Positions 49,669-63,164 of a stretch of 64,000 bases of DNA are shown here, one piece after another. The stretch's first letter is position 1, and each line of letters starts with the position of its first letter. Below the pieces are notes generated by a model. That model was not told where the DNA came from and did not search any database. It worked only from the letters and a program-made list of their open reading frames with translations. The stretch covers positions 4,808,270-4,872,269 of the forward strand of contig MU054212.1 of assembly GCA_013239625.1 (NCBI GenBank), given 5' to 3'. Both the position numbers and the translations under genes were made by a program. Origin of the DNA: Lama guanicoe. Lineage: Eukaryota.

Positions 49669-52600
49669 ACAGTTATGTGGCAAGTTCCTTCTGTACTGGA
49701 TTTCATTGAAACTTCTCATCAATATTTGAGGCTAGGACTTGTAAATCATTTCCCCACACTCATACAATTAATACTAGCCTACAGTATAAAGGAGAGTAAA
49801 TCTTAGATGTTTGACTAAAAAATAAATGCCATTTTCATGATGTCATTTTTCATCCAGTAACCATACAATTAGCTAGAAGGGAGTTCACTGGAATTAATAC
49901 AGAAATAAGAGGAGAAGAACACAGAGAAAGCCACAGACTAATCCTTGAACTCAAGGCAGCTTTCTATCTTATCCTCAGTTGCCTCATCTCTCTCCTTGGA
50001 GATCCAGTCTTGACCTCCTGTGTTTAATGATGGTAATTAAGAGCTGGCTGTCTTGAGAGTTATTTAAGATATGGAAGCATCATAGTTCTCTGCCAGAGAG
50101 ACAAGTATTATTGGGAGGTTCAAATGAGGGAGTTTAAAAAAGGGAGTTGATAGTGGGTGGTGGTGTGGGAAAGTTTTAAAGAAGAGAAGATCCATAAATT
50201 AATTCAAAAGAGAGAAAAAGATAAAGCTTCAAAGGGGAAATACACTAATTTCTCAAGCATATCTATGAATTAGAGACCTTCAAATTAATACATATCACAT
50301 CATCAGGTAATAATACAGGACAAGTAAATCTTTTGAGCATATTCTTTTATTCCTACTCTTACTGAAAATCTGTTTTTCCTGTGGCAAAACTGTAATTCAA
50401 TTCATGCTCTAGTGAATCCCCTCTCTAGGAATGTTATATAGTGACTTTCCCATAAAGGGCTCAAAACGTCTGTGGGAATTTTATCTTATTAGTTCTCACG
50501 TCCCTGTAAGGCAAGTGGAAAGAATTACTGTCCACATTAAATAAACTGTCAAGCTAGGACACTAAGTATTTAAATGGTTATAAAGACCACAAGGTTACAA
50601 AGATCTCTGAGAAGTACTGAAGATACCGACTTGATTAATCCACTAAACACCCTACTTCTAACTTTATAAATTCATATTGACTTTTTTACTCCAACAAACA
50701 TTTGTCAGTAAATATCTACTGAGCGATCAGATTTAAAACCACTGTTTTCTTCTTTCCCTATCTTCATTGATTCCACGATTTCTGTTTTATACCTGTAGCT
50801 TTACATAATTATTGTTTGTAACTTCTTTCACTCTTTAAAGTGGCCTTTTTAAAATGATAAATTACATAGCCACTCTAGTTTTAGGGACTTGGCTTGATCA
50901 GTGATATATCAGAATTCTAGAAGGTTTCTACTGAATATTAAATTCAGATTCAGGTTTAGTTCAAAATCATGGTGTCTTTACAAAGTTTGATTAAGCACAA
51001 AGAGATAGAATACTTTACACTAATGTACTATTATGAATATTTAATAGTATAATCCACATTTGATTAAAGGATAAAAATATAAGTAGATAAACCTAATCTA
51101 GAGTGATTTAATTCCTTTATTTCTATTTAAATCATTTCACAGCCTCTTCAATCTCCTCTGGTATCTAAAAATCAATGAGCCAGGGATTCTACAGACCATT
51201 GGCAAGTGCCCATCATTCTTCACAATTTCTGAATAGGTGGAATGATTAATTCATTTAAATTTATTGCCCAGGAAATGTCAGAGGTGGCAGATGCTTTTCT
51301 CAATTCACATTGAGAAAATACATAAAAGATCTCTTAGCTTTTCAGAATCCTAGTTTACTTACTTTCCTTATGTATGAAGGAGGGATATCTGTAAAGTCAA
51401 ATATTTGTAGCAAGAACAATACAAGAAAATATGTGATACAGAGTAAGACTTGAAATCAGCAACTGCCATTTTATTAAAATATCAAAAAAATGAGATAGGA
51501 GGCTTCAAGGGTGAATTCTTTGTCAGGTTCAAACTGGTTTTATACAGGGCTCACTGAATCTAATTTTAATATATTTACATCTTACCAATTAAAACTATTG
51601 ACTTTTATTAAGTAGTAAACATTGTCCCCAAAGAATCCAAACAGGGACAAAATTTGCCTACATATGTAAAATTAGGAATGATGTGAAGCCAGCTGAGTTC
51701 TCCAGGAAGACATAGCCTATAACATTGGCAAGTCCATATATTTCATACGTAGGAGGACTGTTTTAATCACACTGATGTTAAGAAATAAACATGACAGTAG
51801 TTTCCCATTGTATATTTCACAATATGCATTCATTATACTTTAAATTATACACATGAAAACATATTCCCTGCCTTTAGCAAATTTTAGCACATGGTATACT
51901 GGAGAATTTTACTTTATACACCTTGGACAAGGAAGAAAACTAGGCTACTGAAGTCTTTACGAATATAAGAGACAGACAGGAATATTCCATTTCATTCTTC
52001 AGTGGTAGTCTTCCTCTTGATGTGTGGCAGTAACATAGGTTAGGATAAAAAGGAAGACTCATGAGTTAGCCTTCCTCACAAGGTTCAAACTCCAATTATC
52101 AGAATTGATTCTGCAGAAATACAAACTCATTTCACATGGGCCACAAACAGTCATTGGGGTTAATGACTTCTTTCCATTACTAACCTTACTCAAATCTGTA
52201 CTGGTAACCTAGAAGTAAATGGCTGTATATGCCAGTATAAATTCTCCAATAGGTTTCACTAGTTTATATTTTAAGCATATTATTTATAATAAAATATACC
52301 ACCAAACTCTTGAAATTTTGATTTCAGTTTTAAGCTCTTTTAATTATTGGGTTTAATAGGTAGCTATTATTAATATACATTATTTCCCAGAATTATATAT
52401 ATGTGTGTGTATATATACATCTCCATGAATTTTCCCAAAAGATATTTCAGATTCTCAATCTTTTTTTTTTATGGTTCTGTAGAATTATAGCCACTAGAGT
52501 CTACAGCATAAAGATAAATTCTCCACCTTCTTAAATAATACATAGGATGCAGATTGTATATAGTGATTAAGTCTGTTTTATTGCATTTTTAATGGTGGTG

Positions 52601-52978
52601 AAGCCATTTTCTTCATCAGATATATATTACAGATGTAAATTGTGTTTACTCCCACCAATGCTGTTAGTTATTAAATATAGCTAAGCGTCACTCTTAGTAT
52701 TTCTTTCAAGTTAAAAAAACATAATTTTTAAATGTAGGTATCTTCTGAAGACAACAGAAAAGGCTATTTGGAATTGAGATTTAATTTGTTCATGAAAAAA
52801 CTCCTCCTCCTCCTCCTTTTCTTCTCTTCCTTCTCTGCATTTTGGTGAGTGAAGTGCAAGTACTACTCTCTTGTTAAAATTATTTGGGATAAACAACTCA
52901 GGAACAGTCTCATTGTCATTAACTATGAGTTTAATTATTTCTGGGATTGAGGCATTTATTTATACAGAGGGTGGTTCA

Positions 52979-53005
<27 letters not shown>
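52979..53005. repeat. (TG)n microsatellite
   Basis: Directly visible. Confidence 0.95.
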
Positions 53006-53009
<4 letters not shown>

Positions 53010-53419
53010 AAATGTGTGTCTTCCTAGATGTTGTAAACAGAAAAGGGTTCTACTAAAGATAAGTCTATGTTTCCAGCACCATCAATAAAAGCACATAATG
53101 GCAAACTGTAGGAAAAGAACATCCTTTCCATTCATAGACTAACCTCTCTAGAGTAAAGTTGTGATGTATTGTTAATTTCAAAATGTTTTAAGTTTCCTTC
53201 AAGATCATTAAGCTTCTGGAACATCTTAAAAAGCAACTACAGATATCTATAGTACAGAGCAACTCTACAAATGAGACCTCTCCCACTTGAAAACTTTAGG
53301 GCCACTGTATCTTTACGACAATACTAACTCAGAATAGCAAGGTTAAGAAGAGAAATTGTATCTTTTGGCATAACCCCAAGTTACATCTAGCTTTTAGAAA
53401 GATTGCTAGAGGGACCTAT

Positions 53420-53466
53420 CAAAAAACAAACAAACAAACAAAACAAAAACCAAACCAAAAAGAAAA
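53420..53466. repeat. (CAAA)n A-rich repeat
   Basis: Directly visible. Confidence 0.8.
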
Positions 53467-54559
53467 CCCTCCAGAATTCTAATAAAAATCACTGGATACT
53501 TCCTAACATGGCTTGATTACCTCATGTAAGATAGAAACAAATGAACAAACCAAAAAAACTACGGTCACAGCAACAACAAAACAAGTAAATGCAAATATCA
53601 TACCTGCATATACATATCTATATGTTGATGTACAGCAAAATGCAAAATTCAGAGTTAACAGCTTTTTATATCTCATATTTTGGTAATAGTTTACATTTAT
53701 ATCCTTATGTAAACTGAAAAATTATGTATCTGAAAGTTATAGGCTCCTTATGGAAATTACAGTTAGCCCACTTTTGTATATACTGTATTTAAAAACTGAC
53801 AATTCTGTTTTATGTGTACTGTTGTTGAAAATTCTTTACATAGTCTTGGTATTTAGAATAAACTTTGCCTTCCTAGGGAAAAAAAAAAAGATACGTGGAA
53901 GAAAAAATGGATGGATGAGCTCAGAGAAAATTGTAGCACTATTATACTTGGCTACCTCAGCACTAAAGTTGACCAAAACAGATAAGAATATCATTAGTCT
54001 GATGAAAATAATAAATATTTAATTAGGTTGAAGGGAAGCAGTAGCAATCAGCATAGCAGACTGACAATTGGGATTCTGTCAGAAAATTGTCTCTATTACT
54101 GGGGAGTGACATGGAATCTGGAACTGAATGACAGCAGATGGCAGAAACATAATTTTGCAAGAAACATATCTTTAAATCTCTAATAAGCATAATGTCAAGG
54201 ATGAGTAACGATAACCTGCTGAGAAACAAGGGATGTGTGCTCTTATTCCAACTTTATCTTTCTTTGGGATGTTTAAGTAAATTAATTGTACACCTTGAAA
54301 TAAATTAGGTGTTTGTTTAAACTTGCATTTTGCTAAAGCCTTAAACTGACAGAATTCTCAGCTAAAACTCTGCCAATAATCAACTGTTTTACAATTAAGC
54401 TGTGTACATAATTGTTCAATCTTTAAACTGCAAGAAAGAAAAAAAATAGTATTCACTGGAGTCAAGCATATTTTATTGTAAAAATATTAAACTGAAACGT
54501 CATGAGGATAGTAACAAAAATGAATTAGTTTGTTAATTTACCTAAGAACTGATTTTTAA

Positions 54560-55615
54560 GAGAAAAGCAAAAAAAATTAAAATGAGAGAAAATACAAGCA
54601 CACAAAATTAGAAATTTCAAAGGTGAAAAAGAGAAAAGAAATGACAATAATCCCCATTTATGTAGACACTATAGTTCTTAACAAAGTAATAGGAAATTAA
54701 ATTGAGCAACACATAAGGATGTTATACATCAAGTGTTCTTATCAAAATCACACAGGTTGATTTAAACAATAGATATAATTCACTAACTATTCAAAATAAA
54801 AGAAAATATGTATGATGATTGAAATGTAAGAATAAAAAGCATTTGAAGAAATTCACCATCCATTCATGATTTTAAAAACATACTCACACAAAGCCAAAAT
54901 CTCAACAAATTGGAAATCAAAGGGAACTTTCTTGACCTGATTAAAGACATCTATATCCTTCCTTACAGATAATGCATAAAGCCTGAATATGTTATTTCTA
55001 ATGGCAATAACAAGGCACGAATGTCTACTTTCACTACTTTTCTTCTCTATTACACTGGAGGACATAGCCAGAAAAATAAAGTAAAATAATTAAATATTAA
55101 AAGATTGGAAAGGAGAAAATAAAACATTCATTATTCACAGATGGCATGAAGTATCCATAGAAATCCTAAGATATTGAAAGTTGTAAACAAATTCATCTAG
55201 TTTATATTATACAAGGTCAAAATACAAATATATCAATTAGACTTCTGTAAACTAGCAACAAATAATTGAAAATAAAATGTTAAATTATCATATATGATAA
55301 CTTGACATGTGAAATACGAAGGCCAATATAACAAAACATGTTTGAGATTACTCCATTGAAAATTACAAAATGTTAGAAAGTTACTTATGAGATAATAAAT
55401 AAATGAGCAAATATAATAATTTTATGGCACAGAAAGTTCTATGTTTTTAAGATGTTAATTTTATGAAAATTCATCTATAGATTTAACAAGATTCCTTCAA
55501 ATTACCAGCAGGTATTTTTGTTGAAATTAAGATGGTGACCCATGTAAAGTGCCTTAACTCCCCAAAACAATTTTTAAAACAAGGAATAATGTTAGAAGAC
55601 TTCTGCTATCTGATT
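54560..55615 (+). mobile_element. Old L1 ORF2 (RT region) relic
   Basis: AAAAAGCATTTGAAGAAATTCACCATCCATTCATGAT, GGAACTTTCTTGACCTGATTAAAGACATCTAT, TTATTCACAGATGGCATGA (degenerate LFADDM), AATTCATCTATAGATTTAA. Confidence 0.88.
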
Positions 55616-55669
55616 AATGTGGGGCACATTCTACCATATGCAATTATAACTCAAAAGATGGTTTGACAA

Positions 55670-56090
55670 TTGATGATGTGCAGTGGAGCAATAGTCACGT
55701 TTAGGGTTGTTATCTTGGGTAGGTGAAAGGCACTGAGATCCAAGTGGTGGATTGGCTTTAGAAAGAAGTAACTTTATTCATTATAAACACAAAGATATCA
55801 GAGTAGCTAGGTATGCGTTAAAAAGAAACTATTACAGGATTTTTAAAATGTCTTTATTTTATTAATGAAATGAGACTGACTTTGGTGAAGGGGTAAAGGA
55901 AGATTATCAAAAGGGGATATGGCACAGTAGAACTACGAATTAACAAGAGAAGTGTAGACTAGCTAACCAGAACCAATGGTCCACTTGAACGTTAGAGGTC
56001 ATGGACTTAACATGAAATTTATCAGCTGGCTGCATGTCTTTACCATAGCCACTCCGAGATTGTAGGTACAGTTCTGGAGTAAGGAGACAT
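55670..56090 (-). mobile_element. Probable L2 body fragment, apparently continuing at about 57410-57740
   Basis: GGATTGGCTTTAGAAAGAAG and GGTCCACTTGAACGTTAGAGGTCATG resemble reverse L2; split by the young L1. Confidence 0.5.
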
Positions 56091-56091
56091 T

Positions 56092-57385
56092 AAAAAAATG
56101 GTGTTGGGAAAACTGGACAGCAGCATGTAAAACAATGAAGCTAGAACACTCCCTTACACCATATACAAAAATCAACTTGAAATGGATGAAAGACTTAAAC
56201 ATAAGACAAGATACAATAAACCTCCTAGAGGAAAACATAGGCAAAACATTATCTGACATACATTTCAAAAATTTTCTCCTAGAAGAAATAAAAGCAAGAA
56301 TAAACAAATGGGACCTGATGAAACTTAGAAGCTTCTGCACAGCAAAGGAAATCATAAGTAAAACGAGAAGAAAACCTACGGAATGGGAGAAAATTTTTGC
56401 AAGTGAAACCGACAAAGGCTTGATCTCCAGAATATATAAGCAGCTCATACGACTCAATAAGAAAAAAATAAACAACCCAATCCAAAAATGGGCAGAAGAC
56501 CTAAACAAGCAATTCTCCAAGGAAGACATACAAATGATCAAAAAGCACATGAAAAAATGCTCAATATCACTAATTATCAGAGCAATGCAAATCAAAACTA
56601 CAATGAGGTATCACCTCACACCAGTCAGAATGGCTGTCATTCAAAAATCCACAAATGACAAATGCTGGAGAGGCTGTGGAGAAAGGAGAACCCTCCTACA
56701 CTGCTGGTGGGAATGCAGTTTGGTGTAGCCACTGTGGAAAACAGTATGGAGATTCCTCAAAAGACTAGGAATAGACTTACCATATGACCCAGGAATCCCA
56801 CTCCTGGGCTTGTATCCAGAAGGAAATCTACTTCAGGATGACACCTGCACCCCAACATTCATAGCAGCACTATTTACAATAGCCAAAACATGGAAACAGC
56901 CTAAATGTCCATCAACAGGTGACTGGATAAAGAAGATGTGGTATATTTATACAATGGAATACTACTCAGCCATAAAAACTGATAACATAATGCCATTTGC
57001 AGCAACATGGATGCTCCTGGAGAATGTCATTCTAAGTGAAGTAAGCCAGAAAGAGAAAGAAAAATACCATATGAGATTGCTCATATGTGGAATATAAAAA
57101 ACAAAAACAAAAACAAACAAACAAACAAAAACAAAGCGTAAATACAGGACAGAAATACACTCACAGACAGAGAATACAGACTTGTGGTTACCAAGAAGGT
57201 GGAGGGTGGGAAGGGATAGACTGGGATTTCAAAATTGTAGAATAGATAAACAAGATCACACTGTATAGCATAGGGAAATATACAGAAAATGTTATGATAA
57301 CTCACAGAAAAAAAAATGTGACAATGAGTGTGTATATGTCCATGATTAACTGAAAAAATTGTGCTGAACACTGGAATTTGACACA
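56092..57385 (+). mobile_element. Young 5'-truncated L1 lacking terminal poly(A)
   Basis: ORF2 C-terminus plus 3'UTR; ends GGAATTTGACACACAC... instead of GACACAACATTGTAAAATG...AATAAAA. Confidence 0.96.
56099..57097 (+). pseudogene. L1 ORF2p C-terminal remnant (cysteine-rich domain) with one in-frame stop
   Basis: ORFs 56135-56728 and 56810-57097 share a frame: [46 protein letters not shown] at 56726-56728 (CAA in the 48.9 kb copy), ..YTMEYYSAIK..LICGI. Confidence 0.92.
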
Positions 57386-57401
57386 CACACACACACACAC
57401 A
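57381..57401. repeat. (AC)10 microsatellite at the L1 3' end
   Basis: Directly visible. Confidence 0.95.
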
Positions 57402-57809
57402 AATAACACAGGTTTAGTTACTGTTTGTTTGTGTTCAGGTGAATAAACAGAGTACTGAGAGAACTGACTTTAAAAAGATGCACAATTTATCCATGAAAAG
57501 AAAAATTGAGGATATAAACATGGGAATGACTATACTTGTGAACTACGAACTACACGGTTTAACTTGGCTAACAAAGGAAATAGTAACATAAATGAGGTCA
57601 CTGGACAAGGAAAATTTGTTATGGTCAATAGGTGGTGCATCTTATTGCAGTTCAGCTGGAAAATTAGTAAAAGTAGTTTTGAAATATAGGCGATGAAGTA
57701 CAGTAGAATATTTGAATTTGAAAGCAATGAAAATGACAAAGTTAATTACAATTTGATCTGTGCAAGGTTATGGTTCCAAACTAACAAGTTGGATGAATAA
57801 GGAACTCGT

Positions 57810-58000
57810 CTATCCCTTCTGTGCTTCAGTTTTTTCATCTTCCCATTTTCTCACATTTTCCTCTATTCCTCAGTATCTTCATATTATTAGCATAATAATT
57901 CTGCTTAAATCTTAGCTCTTTTGTGATGATGAAACGAAATGAGGAATGTAGGACACTTTGCACACTGTCAGGTATCTTGTTAATGTTCTTAAATGTTAAC
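57810..58000 (+). mobile_element. MIR fragments
   Basis: CTTCTGTGCTTCAGTTTTTTCATCT; TTGTGATGATGAAACGAAATGAGGAATGTAGGACACTTTGCACACTGTCAGG. Confidence 0.65.
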
Positions 58001-58599
58001 CATGTTTTTAAATCTTTTTCTCCTCTACTTCCTCTCCACTCCATCTTCTTCCTTCTTTTTAGTATCAATACTAGTATTATCATATATTATGGTGGCCATT
58101 GTTACTATTTTTTATCATCATTATGCTACTCTTCTGTATTGCTTAAAATTTGGCAAGCTTTTGCTAAATTTATAGTTTAAGCCAATGTCATTACACAGAA
58201 CACATGTTTGGGAGCAAGGAAATTATTTATTTTGCTTTAGTATACTACAATTGCTCATTTATTAGCATTGCCATATGTGCGCTACATTTCTATAATGAAG
58301 ATTATTCTGATAACTAAGGGAAATATTACATAATAATCAAGGACTACAAGTGATATGGACTTGATTATATTGAGTATTAATCATTTTTTATTCATGTATA
58401 ACAGTTACAAAATTATAGAAATATTAAAGAAACATTTGAAATGCATTGTAAATATCTGGAGTAGTTAGAATTCTTGCTAATTCTTTCCAATATTATAATG
58501 TGAAGGACATCTTTTGGAGTGACTTCCATTCATGAACTAGATAAGTGTTGGCAGAGGCAATATATTAATCAAGATACTAGCATAAAACAAAATGCATAC

Positions 58600-59078
58600 T
58601 CAAAAAAAACCTGATGCAGTAAATTTAATGAGGTAGCAAGGATAATTAAATGTAGTAAATATTTCCGTAAGTGTGGTCATGAATAGGTAGACTAACAAGG
58701 GGCAGTGGGATGCAACAACATGGAATCTTTAGAACTAACAGGCCTGAAGTAGCAAAGAAAGGATAATAGTTACAGGAACCCAGTGAAAGGTGATGCCTCG
58801 TCAAATACTTCCAAATAGGAGCTATAACACTCGGGGAATGTAGCAACTGCCAGAAATGTGTGGAGGTAGGTATAGGAAGGAGATGATAAAATCCTTGAGC
58901 TCTTCACTGCCCTCTGATTTTCTACTAATGTCTTCACTGGCCAACTCCAACAAGAAACCAACACGTGAGATAATCCAGGAGATGAAGCTCATAGCTGTCA
59001 CCTCCAGCATAACAGAACAAGGCAGAGAAAGGCAGAGGGTGTTACTGGGGCAGGCAAACAAACAAGACACATTAAGAC
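58600..59078 (-). mobile_element. Old MaLR LTR (MLT1K-N-like)
   Basis: CTCTGATTTTCTACTAATGTCTTCACTGGCCAACTCCAACAAGAAACCA..CAGAACAAGGCAGAGAAAGGCAGAG..GGCAAACAAACAAG, matching a reverse MLT1K/L/M 5' end. Confidence 0.75.
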
Positions 59079-62000
59079 AATAATAATCTTTCATCATTCA
59101 AATGCAGCATGCACAGAATTTTCCAAAGCAGGCCCATACCATTATCATGCTTTACCTTTGTTATTCTAGGAAGCACACTATCTTTATTTGACTAAACAAT
59201 GTTATATGCTAATTATATCTCAATAAAATTAGAAAAAAGTATGTATCAAAACTGATTTATAAATGTCTCTGCATTATAATCTTAATCTAGAAAGAGTGGC
59301 TGTGATGGACAATACCCAGTATACTATATACCTAACTGTTATGTGTTCTTTGTCAGTGGCTAAAGGACTGGCTACATGCAAAGGATATGCAAGATTAAAG
59401 ACTGGTATCAGTATGTCAGGGGGAGGCTAATGTTGCACATTTCAATATAAAGCCCAACACATGAAAATACCCAAATCCATATAAATGCTCATCAAGAAGT
59501 TCTTTACTGAAAAAGAGTTCTGTTTAATCAGTTAGGCAGGATGACCACTCTGTGGCTGGCAGTCCTCCACCTTCTGTCTACAACTCAGTGTCACAGTGTG
59601 TTGCTTACTGTGGTCTGTGTAAAGTGGGCATGGTGTAAGACCGGAGGCCATGCACAGTCTGCGCAGCACAGCTATACCCTAACCAAGTCCTCCATTTTGA
59701 GCATTAAATTCCCTTAAAATAGTAATCAACCGCATGCTTAGCTGTGGCACCATACAAAAAGGAAACCTGCTCTCCGGGGACAAATTAGTGCCATTATCTC
59801 ATGTTTTGGCTAGCAATTTATTCTCACAGAATAAATACTTAACAAACTTTTGAATTTGGTTTCTCTAACCTTTATGATTCTTTCAGAATCATCATTGATC
59901 AGTGCATTTCACGCTAAATTAATTCCAGCCAAACAACTCATTATCAGCCAAAAAAAAAAAAAAGGAATCAATGGATTGATATTTATGGGGATTCATTGGT
60001 TCAATCTCAATACAGCTGCATTGATAAAATGAGTTATTGATCATTTTTATATCGTACTAGTAGAGAAATAATACATTTAAAGCCCAAGTTATCTGAAAAA
60101 TGAGATATATGTTTCTAGCCAGGTATCTACATACAGAGCTTCCTTTCTCATGAGCCTCAGAAGAGCTGGGAAATCAAATTGTAAAGTGAGTACCTTGTAT
60201 CAACTAATGATGCACTAAAATATATTGCTTCTTGTCCATTTCATTCTGAGTTCTTCGGGTCTGGAAGTTTTTGTCTCTAAGAAGATACTTCCTATGCTTG
60301 CTCCTAGTTATTTCTGACTGATTCCTGTGAGGAAATCAGACTCCAAAGCTGACACACAAATTCTCCACTCCAGAACCCGGAACCTGCACAAGAAACCTGG
60401 AGACCAGGAATTACTGAAGTTGCTTTAGGTCTATGGCTGTGCTCAAAAGAAAAGATGCATCAACTACTGATGTTGTTGAGGTTATGGTACAGCTTATCAT
60501 CTCCCCTTCCCAAAGCTAAAACTGCAATATATTTAATGAAGCACCTGATGATCTTTCAGTGAATACATATTTTGTCTAAGGAAATCTGTCTTTTACCTAC
60601 ATCTAAAAGAAGCTTAATTGACAAATAAGGAGAATATATCTATATTTTTTTCCATTTAAGGAGTTCTAAGTATTCTATCAAATGGAGAAAAAAAGATTTG
60701 CAAGGTACAAAGTGTTTTGCAAAGTAGAGAAGTCTAATAAATGCTGTTTATTACATTTGTTGTATTAAAGAGCTCATGTTTGATAACCAAAACAAAATAA
60801 ACCACATTGGCGTTCCATATTGTTATGATAAGAGATAATTTAAGGAAATAACATATAAATCCCACTTAATCATACGCTAACAGAGGTAATCAAGTAAAAA
60901 GATAGCACATTTGATTTTTTGAAAAAATGATTTTATGTATCATGCTTAAATAACATCAGGGTAAAATTAAAATTGTTGAGTTGTATGCTAAATGCAATTG
61001 CAGGACAGTTTTATCAAATGACAGCAGGAATAGATGTTACTTCATAATATTGACCAGAAGAAAAATGCTAAGGCTATGAATAAATATATGCACACATATG
61101 TACATAAATACGTACATGTAAATGTAAAATGTTCATGTACATGTTCAATTTCATTTAGTCCTCAAAATAAATCTACGAAAGAATTTATTACCTACATCTC
61201 ATAGACAAGAAAACATCACTGGAACAAAGACTTACTTGACTAAAACTTTTTCTCTTTTACCACAAGTGAGTTTTTGCAGCAAATAACAGAATAGGAAATA
61301 TTAATAGTAGCTAATGGTGAATTTAATATAAATATAATAACAAAAAGCATAATTGGGGATTACATTACCATTAATTAATGTTGAGATTCAACTAAGAGAC
61401 TTTGTTTTAGAAGTAAGTTGATAAAGATTTCAATACTGGTCTAAGTCTTCAGATATCAAGGAGACAGTTGGATGTGTGTTTAGTCATTTAATAGGGTTGA
61501 CAGAGTTCAAGAGATATAGCCAAATATTGAAAGAAAAGGTTGTCACCAACATAGGCTATTATGCCCTATGATTGTTCATCTTTTCATTTATTAGCAAATG
61601 TGATTCTCTTGAAATCTTATCTTTTTCCTTCATTCACACAGCAAAATGTGATTTTAGAAATCTTTTTTTCTCCATCACTTCACCCAATAGCTAAAATTTA
61701 CTAGAAAAAAAAAATCCATCAACACTACAAATTTCCAACACTAAAACTGTCCCCAGCTTTAGCTGATGACCTCAGGGCCACTCACTCTTTTGTTTATACT
61801 GTATGTGACTTTTCCATCCCTGACTCTTCCTAATCTTCACTGTTCTCTTATGTCTCCAAACTATTTAATTCCTATCTCATTTTTAGTAACTAACATTAAT
61901 TTCTATTTTTGCAATAAAATTGACACTATTTTTACTCTCCTTCTTTATGCCCTTGCATAAAATCTTATCTAAATTCCAAGTCCCTCCTTTCTCTGCATTT

Positions 62001-63164
62001 CAGAAGATAAGGGTGCCCCTTCATGTTTCAGATGTGTTGGAAGTTAGGGAAGAAAACAAACAGAGCCTTATAGGAAGATGGTCTGGGAAATCATGACCAA
62101 ATGGGGATTTGGAATGTTTGTAAGCATGAAAGTAATGAGAAGAATAGGAGGAATTAATACTTTGCTAAAGTTTCTAGGTGAAACTCTTTGTAGTTGTTTG
62201 TGCTTCTGAAAATCTGTGTTCCAGATGCTCATATAACATGGAAAGTACATTAAAGACAACAATTATTTATGTAAAATATATTATAACCAACCAGTATTAT
62301 CAACTCTCAAAGTTCTCATGCCCTAAAAAAATTAATGAAAGAATTTGTATTGAACAGAGCATTTGCTCTTGGAGAGACACATAGGAAGTTGTCCATTTAA
62401 ATCCTTGCACTTCCAAGAATCCTCCCAGTGGAAGTCTTGGATCAATATCACTTGAAGCTACCAATTAATTCCAACTTGATTAAAATTTAAAATATGGGAG
62501 AGAACACAATTCTGGTGTGACATTAAAATCAATGTCTTTATTGATGTGAAAACAAAGAAAGTGAAGCTGGCATTATTTGTTCTTCCTTTGGGCTTTTTCT
62601 AGAACATGATGAGATGTTCTCTGAGTATATTGTCTCCTCTGACACCCACGTATGTCTCAAATATGTTCTCCTAGATATCTCACTGTCTAGAATATAGTTT
62701 AAATCTTGAATTAGAAAAGCAACTTTGAGATTAAACAGTTCAGAAACTATTCAATTTTTTACCTGCTTTTATTATATGCGATGCTATATGAGTCAGGGCC
62801 CAAAGAGAAAAACAGAAACTTTCCCAAGCATTTGAATCACAGATAATTAAAAACTTCAAATTGTTAACAAAACTTGGCATTTGTTTTTCTCTTCCACTCA
62901 CATGTAATCTTTGTTTAATACATTCATGTGTCTGCCTTCATAAAAATAATCTTAGTCTTTCCCCCAAAATGGATATACAAAGTCTCACTGGTCTTTGTGT
63001 TTATCTCAGATCCTGGACTCCCTGGGAATAAGAAATTCTGCCCATCAGATTTTAATGTGCCTCCTCGAGATTTGGTCAGGGTTCTTTAGATGTAGATTTA
63101 CATTTTTAGATTCCTTTATGTTTCTGCCATTACTGGGTTCCTACAATCTTCTATTGTCCTTTAT

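Noticed and set aside
49668..49835. L1 3' transduction ending at AAAATAAATGCCATT (left flank AAAATGGAATGCCATT)
   Set aside because: The TSD match is imperfect for a young element and there is no real second poly(A) tail; likely chance. The TSD of this L1 remains unresolved.
55999..56595. 198-aa minus-strand hydrophobic ORF
   Set aside because: Antisense shadow of L1 ORF2, a well-known artefact.
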